Source: Candidatus Babeliales bacterium (GTDB lineage: Bacteria; Babelota; Babeliae; Babelales; JACPOV01). Taken from it: a stretch of DNA of 64,000 nucleotides. Location: assembly GCA_050250855.1 (NCBI GenBank), contig JBFWNW010000001.1:1-64000 (forward strand). Reading direction: 5' to 3'. Of this stretch, positions 58,155 to 64,000 are shown one piece after another. The number at the start of each line of letters is the position of its first letter. Positions within the stretch are counted from its first letter, which is position 1. A model generated the notes under the pieces. That model had not been told where the DNA came from, did not search any database, and worked only from the letters and a program-made list of their open reading frames with translations. Position numbers and translations under genes: made by a program.

Positions 58155-59387
58155 ATGTCAAAGAACTTTAATTCATCTAAAAAAAATAATAGTAAAAAAA
58201 ATTCAAAAAATCCTTATCAATTTTCAAAAAAAAAAGGTTCTTCATCCTCTAGTAAATCAAGATTTGGTAAACCAAAGCAGAAGCATATTCCTACCTTTGA
58301 TCCATCACTTTTTATTAAAAAAGTTGAAGAACAAAAAGCGGCACAAGCCTATATCCCCAAAAATACGTTTTCTGATTTTGCCATTGAGGATCAGTTAAAA
58401 ACGAATATTGCAAAAAAGGGCTATGTTCTACCAACGCCCATACAAGATCAGGCAATTCCTTCTTTGTTAGAGGGGCGTGACGTTATAGCTTCAGCAAATA
58501 CTGGTACGGGAAAAACGGCCGCGTTTTTGATTCCTCTAATACAAAATGTTTTAGCTAAAAAAAGTACCCGTGTATTGATTATTGCACCAACAAGAGAACT
58601 TGCTACTCAGATTCAGAGCGAATTTAAAAGCTTTGCTCCTCATACCGGTTTGACGTCGGCACTCTGCATAGGTGGTGCAAATATTAATGCGCAAATAAAA
58701 AGTTTGGACCACGATCCAGCATTTGTTATAGGAACGCCGGGTAGATTAATAGATTTAGAAAGAACTAACAAGCTAGATTTTAGCAACTATACTTCCATTG
58801 TTTTAGATGAAGTTGATAGAATGCTTGATATGGGATTCATTAAAGATATTACCTACATCATTGATAGATTACCAAAAAAGCGCCATTCATTATTTTTCTC
58901 CGCTACGGTGCCTGCAAGTTTAAAAAAGATTATGAATAGCTTTTTGCAAAATCCTGTTTCAATAACCGTTAAAACAAGGCAATCAGCTGAAAACGTTAAT
59001 CAAGAGATTATAAAGGTTGGCGATAAAAATAAAATAGAAATAGTGCATGATTTGCTTATTAAGCCAGAATTTAAAAAAGTTATTATCTTTTTACGCACAA
59101 AGCGCGCCGTTGATAAATTAGCAAAAGAGCTCACTAAGCGTGGCTTTTCGGTAGCATTAATTCATGGCGATAGATCACAATCGCAAAGAAACAAAGCGCT
59201 ATCATTATTCAAAAAAGGCAATGTTAATATTCTTTTGGCTACTGATGTTGTTGCACGAGGAATTGATATTGATGACATTTCGCATGTCATTAATTTTGAT
59301 TTGCCACAAACGCATGAAGATTATATTCACCGCATTGGCAGAACAGGACGCGCTGATAAAGTTGGCCAAGCAATAACGCTGGTATAA
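58155..59387 (+). CDS. DEAD-box RNA helicase (RhlE-like)
   Basis: PTPIQ, TGTGKT, PTRELA, GTPGR, DEVD, SAT, ARGID, HRIGRTGR. Confidence 0.95.
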   Translation: MSKNFNSSKKNNSKKNSKNPYQFSKKKGSSSSSKSRFGKPKQKHIPTFDPSLFIKKVEEQKAAQAYIPKNTFSDFAIEDQLKTNIAKKGYVLPTPIQDQAIPSLLEGRDVIASANTGTGKTAAFLIPLIQNVLAKKSTRVLIIAPTRELATQIQSEFKSFAPHTGLTSALCIGGANINAQIKSLDHDPAFVIGTPGRLIDLERTNKLDFSNYTSIVLDEVDRMLDMGFIKDITYIIDRLPKKRHSLFFSATVPASLKKIMNSFLQNPVSITVKTRQSAENVNQEIIKVGDKNKIEIVHDLLIKPEFKKVIIFLRTKRAVDKLAKELTKRGFSVALIHGDRSQSQRNKALSLFKKGNVNILLATDVVARGIDIDDISHVINFDLPQTHEDYIHRIGRTGRADKVGQAITLV

Positions 59388-59420
59388 GAACTTATCATTA
59401 AATTGTTAAAAACCGTTTAA

Positions 59421-59503
59421 ATGCTTCGACAGGCTCAGCACGAACGGTTGTAATATAACTATTTTTTATTCCGTTCGCCCTGAGCTCGTCGAAGGGTACG
59501 AAC
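59421..59503. repeat. Simplest (un-nested) REP-like inverted doublet
   Basis: atgcttcgacaggctcagcacgaacgg-ttgtaatataactattttttatt-ccgttcgccctgagctcgtcgaagggtacgaac. Confidence 0.88.
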
Positions 59504-59575
59504 ACAAAAATATATTTTTGTGAATTTATCAATAAACACTAAATAGTGCTATGCAGCAGCCTTTTAAGGATAATA

Positions 59576-60319
59576 ATGTTGACAATAAAAAGTTATAAAC
59601 GAAATGCTGAAAAACTACTTTGGACTTTAGCTCCTTTAGCATTTGGCAGTTTTGTTTGGGCTATGGGCTGGGGTTTTGGTTCTTATCTAGTGCCCTATTA
59701 TCCTTTAAACTATCTGCTGAGAGTTGTAGTTGCATCAGCGATAACTATTTTTTTCTTTAGAAAAACCTTTGATTATGCCACGCAGCATTACGAATTACAG
59801 TTTTTTGGTTATACTGTTAAGCTGCCTTCCTGGTGGATTTTTATTGCTTTAGCCTTACTCGTAAGCTGCTTTAACTTTACCCCATTAGCGCGATTTGAAA
59901 CTATGCAATCACTTATTGGTGGTGTTTTTGTTTCTGCGATTATCGAAGAATTTATAGCAAGGTCATATTTTGTAAAATATAAAATGAGCGCACCAACGTT
60001 TATTGTGCTTAATATACTTTCTTCATTAGCATTTACCTTTATGCATATTTTTTACACAAAAGATATGCATATGGATGTAGTGAACTTACTTTCCAATCAT
60101 TTTGAATTTAGTTTTATGCTTGGCATTATTGTTTATAAAACACAAAGAATAGAGCTTTCAATCATACTGCATATGTTATCGAACTTATTGCGCTATACTA
60201 TTCCAGTATGTATTTTGCATTGTGTATATCCTTCATTTATGATGGTGCTCTTATCATTAATGGTCGGCACGGTAATACTGCTAGCATTAGCTGGTTGTTC
60301 TTATAAAAGAAAAGCATAA
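59576..60319 (+). CDS. CPBP/Abi (CAAX-type) intramembrane glutamic endopeptidase
   Basis: EEFIAR (EExxxR), FTFMH (FxxxH), HMLSN (HxxxN), multiple TMs; ATG 59576 with aagga RBS. Confidence 0.85.
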   Translation: MLTIKSYKRNAEKLLWTLAPLAFGSFVWAMGWGFGSYLVPYYPLNYLLRVVVASAITIFFFRKTFDYATQHYELQFFGYTVKLPSWWIFIALALLVSCFNFTPLARFETMQSLIGGVFVSAIIEEFIARSYFVKYKMSAPTFIVLNILSSLAFTFMHIFYTKDMHMDVVNLLSNHFEFSFMLGIIVYKTQRIELSIILHMLSNLLRYTIPVCILHCVYPSFMMVLLSLMVGTVILLALAGCSYKRKA

Positions 60320-60326
60320 AATAATT

Positions 60327-61244
60327 TTATATAGGAAGGTGAACATAGTTGTTGTTATACGAGGAGTTATCGGACAGTTCTGCACAACACTTAAATACTC
60401 CATCGCAGGGCCAATGTAGCCAACCACAAGCTGTTTTCCCCTCAGCAAAGTTCTTTCTGTCTTGGTCTTTACGATTACAAAAATCATGGCCTATTCCATA
60501 ACTACACGCGCAAAGAGGGCATAAGGCCAGTTGTGCAAGAGTGCGTGTGCTGCACATTAGAAGCCATAACCCAGCACCCAGGTAAGTTTTTTTTGCTTCC
60601 TGGTATTTTTTGTAATCTTGTACCTGTGCAGTTTGATCGAGTGTAATGCCATATTTAGCTTGAACTCTATTTTTATAAGTTTTTTGGCAGACATTCTCCC
60701 ATTGTTTTCCCCAAGGAGAATTCAATGGCAGGGCACAGGCAAAGTAGTCTTGGCAGTTGTCACTACAACGAGGTTCAATAGTAAGAGCATTATAAACATT
60801 TGTCTCTGTTTCTTTATCTTTTTTTTCTAATGCCGTTTTTAAAATGTGCTGTACGTTTTTTGGTTCCATTATATGCATATTATTTTTTGTTAACTTTTCA
60901 AGTTCGCTTTCTCTCGCATACTTTTGTCCTTCATTTGTTTGATAAATATAGGGATGAGCACATAATTGTGCAAAAACTTCATTATGCTTTTTACTGGTAC
61001 GCAATAAGCTATTTATAGTTTTTAAACCATTTTTTGTATCTGCTGCGATATATTTTAATATATGCAGTTGTGTTGTAGAAGGTAAATCTGTCAGGAAAGC
61101 AGGTAATAATTTTTGATTTTGTGGAGTGTTTTCTTTTTGCTTGCTTTGACCCAATAAACGAGTAGTTTCATTTATTTGAGATGATTTTATTTCTGACATT
61201 ACGGTTATAGTGAGCATGAGTGTTGCTAAAAATAGTTTTTTCAT
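60327..61244 (-). CDS. Exported hypothetical protein with F-box-like motif and Cys-rich C-terminus
   Basis: Signal peptide; FLTDLPSTTQLHILKYI resembles the F-box L..LP.E....I...L consensus. Confidence 0.6.
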   Translation of the reverse strand: MKKLFLATLMLTITVMSEIKSSQINETTRLLGQSKQKENTPQNQKLLPAFLTDLPSTTQLHILKYIAADTKNGLKTINSLLRTSKKHNEVFAQLCAHPYIYQTNEGQKYARESELEKLTKNNMHIMEPKNVQHILKTALEKKDKETETNVYNALTIEPRCSDNCQDYFACALPLNSPWGKQWENVCQKTYKNRVQAKYGITLDQTAQVQDYKKYQEAKKTYLGAGLWLLMCSTRTLAQLALCPLCACSYGIGHDFCNRKDQDRKNFAEGKTACGWLHWPCDGVFKCCAELSDNSSYNNNYVHLPI

Positions 61245-61267
61245 GATTTTTCCTTATGATTTAATGC

Positions 61268-61600
61268 CTATTTTGTGATTAGTATTTTTTTTCTGACGTT
61301 GAAGATATTACCATACTGAGACACCATTTGTGTAACATTTTCATTATCCTGTAGGGTAATTATATTTATTGGCGTATAATGAGCCATTAACCAACTAAAC
61401 TCGTATCCAGCAGTTGTGTAAAGCTCAAGGTTATTAATTCCTGAATACCCTTCCAAAATTTTTTTTAGATCACCAATAGTCATCTTTTCATCATAGGCAA
61501 TCATTTGATGGTTTTGAGAATCCCTTATCTGTACTTCTTTTTTTTCCATAGAAAGGGAAATTCCGGGTAGAAGTAGTGCAAAAATAACTATCTTTTTCAT
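61268..61600 (-). CDS. Small exported protein, possible ubiquitin-like (beta-grasp) fold
   Basis: Signal peptide; TIGDLKKILEGYSGI and LQDNENV align by eye with ubiquitin TIENVKAKIQDKEGI and LEDGRTL. Confidence 0.55.
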   Translation of the reverse strand: MKKIVIFALLLPGISLSMEKKEVQIRDSQNHQMIAYDEKMTIGDLKKILEGYSGINNLELYTTAGYEFSWLMAHYTPINIITLQDNENVTQMVSQYGNIFNVRKKILITK

Positions 61601-61700
61601 AGCTTCTCCATAGATTAAGGCAATTCTTATTTGTTAAAGATGCCTGTTTTTACAATAACCTTAACGTATTAATTTCAATTATGCTGAAAAATAAATAAAA

Positions 61701-61736
61701 GTCAACATTGACTGACCGTCGGTCATATGATATAGT
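61701..61736 (+). promoter_or_regulatory. Sigma70 promoter with overlapping palindromic operator (likely TetR autoregulatory site)
   Basis: TTGACT(61708)-17 bp-TATAGT(61731); palindrome tgaccg-t-cggtca 61713-61725; second palindrome gtcaa-ca-ttgac 61701-61712. Confidence 0.75.
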
Positions 61737-61769
61737 AGGTATAAATACCCTATAATGGAGAACCAAATT

Positions 61770-62402
61770 ATGGCAAGAACAGTAAAAAAGCCCCAGGAGC
61801 GTAAAGCTGATATTGTTAATGCGGCGCGTTACCTGTTTCAGACTAAAGAGTATGATAAAACAACTATGCAAGATGTAGTCAACTATCTAGGGATAGCTAA
61901 GGGGACGGTTTATCACTATTTTGCATCCAAAGAAGACCTTCTTGAAGCTGTTGTGCACGATATTGTGGATAAATCTATTGAGCATATGACCAGGCTTCTT
62001 GCTCGCTCAAAAAGAAGTGTTTTGGGAAAAATGAAGCTTTTGATGCAAGCGGGCAATGTAGCTGCAGAGAATGAAGGAATTTTGCATGAGCTGCATAGGC
62101 CCGGCAACGAGACTATGCATACGCGCCTTCTTGCTGCGGCTCTGGTAAAGCAGGCTCCGCTATATGCAGAGCTTATCAAGCAGGGATGTGATGAAGGGAT
62201 TTTTCAGACAGATACGCCGTTAGAGTGTGCAGAATTCATACTTTCTGGTGTTCAATTTCTTACTGACGTTGGCATTTATCCTTGGACGCAAGAAGATTTG
62301 CAACGTAGAGTACGTGCTTTTCCAGCGTTGATTGAGCAGCAATTGAAGGCATCACCAGGTTCTTTTCAATTTATGGTAAAACTTTTGAGGATAAGGAATT
62401 AA
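61770..62402 (+). CDS. TetR/AcrR family transcriptional regulator
   Basis: N-terminal HTH: AARYLFQTKEYDKTTMQDVVNYLGIAKGTVYHYFASKEDL; ATG 61770 has a ggag RBS. Confidence 0.93.
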   Translation: MARTVKKPQERKADIVNAARYLFQTKEYDKTTMQDVVNYLGIAKGTVYHYFASKEDLLEAVVHDIVDKSIEHMTRLLARSKRSVLGKMKLLMQAGNVAAENEGILHELHRPGNETMHTRLLAAALVKQAPLYAELIKQGCDEGIFQTDTPLECAEFILSGVQFLTDVGIYPWTQEDLQRRVRAFPALIEQQLKASPGSFQFMVKLLRIRN

Positions 62403-62443
62403 GCATGATTTTTTTTGAAAAATTTTTAATGAGAGGTTAACGA

Positions 62444-63400
62444 ATGTCAAATTTTGCAATTAATATAAAGAATTTATGTAAATCATATGGTAATTTTAAG
62501 GTTTTAAAAGATGTAAATTTGCAGGTAAAGTCTGGGGCTATATTTGCACTACTTGGTCCAAATGGTGCAGGCAAAACAACACTGCTTCATATCATTGCAA
62601 CACTTTTAAAGCCTGATTCTGGGATTATTTTGATTGATGATATCGACCTTATCAAATTTCCTAATAAAGTTAAGCAATTAATCGGTATTGTTGGTCAATA
62701 TGCTTCAATTGATTGCCAACTAACAGGATTAGAAAACCTTAAACTTATTGCCCGCTTGCATCATTTAAGCAAGCAAGAGACGAATGATGTAGTACGTGAG
62801 CTATTAGAGAAGTTTAAGTTAACTGATGTTGCTCATAAATTTGTAAGTAAATATTCAGGTGGTATGCGCAGAAGGCTTGATTTGGCGGCAAGCTTAGTAT
62901 CAAAACCACGAATTCTTTTTCTTGATGAACCAACGACAGGGCTTGATCCCAATAGTCGAGAAATGTTATGGAAAATAATACATAATTTAGCAGAAAATGG
63001 GACCACTATTTTTTTAACTACGCAATATCTAGAAGAAGCCGATCGCCTTGCTGATAAAATTGCTATCATCAATCACGGAGAAATTATAGCGTGTGATACG
63101 GCTGATTATCTTAAAACTCAAATTGGAGAAGAATACTTCAGCATTATTGTTTCAGATAATAAGGATATAGAAGCAATTAAAAATAGTTTTTCAGGAATGA
63201 ATATAACTATTGATAGCAAATCGAGGACTATTAATTTTTCCATATCCAATGATCTTAAAGGTATTTATACGTTGCAAATAATAATCAATAGACTTCTAGA
63301 AAATAAGATATCAATTCAACACTATAATGTGCATAGACCAACTCTCGATGATGTGTTTATGAAACTTACTGATTCAGAAACGAAAGAAAAAAAACAATGA
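62444..63400 (+). CDS. ABC exporter ATP-binding subunit (DrrA-like)
   Basis: GPNGAGKTT, YSGGMRRRL, LDEPTTGLDP, TTQYLEEAD, PTLDDVF. Confidence 0.93.
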   Translation: MSNFAINIKNLCKSYGNFKVLKDVNLQVKSGAIFALLGPNGAGKTTLLHIIATLLKPDSGIILIDDIDLIKFPNKVKQLIGIVGQYASIDCQLTGLENLKLIARLHHLSKQETNDVVRELLEKFKLTDVAHKFVSKYSGGMRRRLDLAASLVSKPRILFLDEPTTGLDPNSREMLWKIIHNLAENGTTIFLTTQYLEEADRLADKIAIINHGEIIACDTADYLKTQIGEEYFSIIVSDNKDIEAIKNSFSGMNITIDSKSRTINFSISNDLKGIYTLQIIINRLLENKISIQHYNVHRPTLDDVFMKLTDSETKEKKQ

Positions 63401-64000
63401 TGCATACCATATCATATATCCAAAGACTTACATGGTTTTTAAGTGATACATGGGAACTGGTTAAACGTAATCTATTTCATATATTTCGCGATTTAGATCA
63501 AATATTTGGTTTAATAACACAACCAATAATATATACGTTATTATTTCTTTTTTTATTTGGTGGTGCTATTAATGTCGGCTCTATTGATTATGTTAATTAT
63601 TTAATACCCGGTATGCTTGTTACCAATGTTTTATTTGCTTCAATAGTTACAAGCGTAGGAATTTCAAATGACTTAAAAACAGGTATTATAGATCGATTCC
63701 GTTCGTTGCCCATTAGTCAATGTGCGGTAATAAATAGTTACATAATTGCAAGTGTTCTTCGTGCAGTGATTGTTATTTTAATTGTGTTTATCCTTGGTCT
63801 TATTTTGGGCTTTCGCCCTACTACAGGACCTCAAGATTGGTTTTTTGCTTTTGGTATATTATTACTTATGGCATTTGCGACATCATGCCTTTTAACATTG
63901 ATTGGTTTTATAAGTAAAAGTGTTGAAGCTGCTCAACAATTTGCTGCATTAATAGTTCTACCTTTTGCAATGATTAGTCCTGCACTTGTTCCAATCAATA
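63397..64000 (+). CDS. ABC-2 type permease (DrrB-like), 3'-truncated
   Basis: Not in the ORF track (runs off the window). ATGA overlap with the upstream stop; translates MMHTISYIQRLTWFLSDTWELVKRNL...QPIIYTLLF.FLFGGAI...YL.PG...GIIDRFRSLPIS. Confidence 0.88.
   Translation, partial: MMHTISYIQRLTWFLSDTWELVKRNLFHIFRDLDQIFGLITQPIIYTLLFLFLFGGAINVGSIDYVNYLIPGMLVTNVLFASIVTSVGISNDLKTGIIDRFRSLPISQCAVINSYIIASVLRAVIVILIVFILGLILGFRPTTGPQDWFFAFGILLLMAFATSCLLTLIGFISKSVEAAQQFAALIVLPFAMISPALVPIN

Overview
AT-rich bacterial chromosome window. The gene content suggests an intracellular protist-associated bacterium such as Candidatus Dependentiae/Babeliae; this taxonomy is inferred, not checked. Positions 1-29.3 kb are almost entirely a co-oriented tandem array of ten paralogous, Cys-rich, predicted exported proteins, interrupted only by one NUDIX gene. 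They share one modular plan: signal peptide, optional ~45-aa helical module, R-x-C motif, variable-length 7/11-residue-period 'KFxxTWTIL' stalk repeats, right-handed parallel beta-helix, an optional 7-blade WD40 propeller inserted within that helix, and a conserved C-terminal 'xN[VIL]x[VIA]' tail. The beta-helix DNA is homogenised between paralogs, the propellers are divergent and mosaic, and one propeller looks freshly re-amplified from a single blade. Several intergenic regions carry REP-like palindromes nested inside one another. The rest is mostly housekeeping: leuS, transaldolase, GT4 glycosyltransferase, uvrB, M3 peptidase, recO-like, large MscS-family channel, amidase, recD2, deoxynucleoside kinase, a partial F-type ATP synthase cluster with a Na+-type c subunit, and tRNA-Arg(UCU). 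An accessory-looking stretch follows: DUF2608-like HAD protein, DEAD-box helicase, CPBP protease, an F-box-like/ubiquitin-like secreted pair, TetR and an ABC exporter. No CRISPR array, rRNA, integrase, transposase or reverse transcriptase was recognised.
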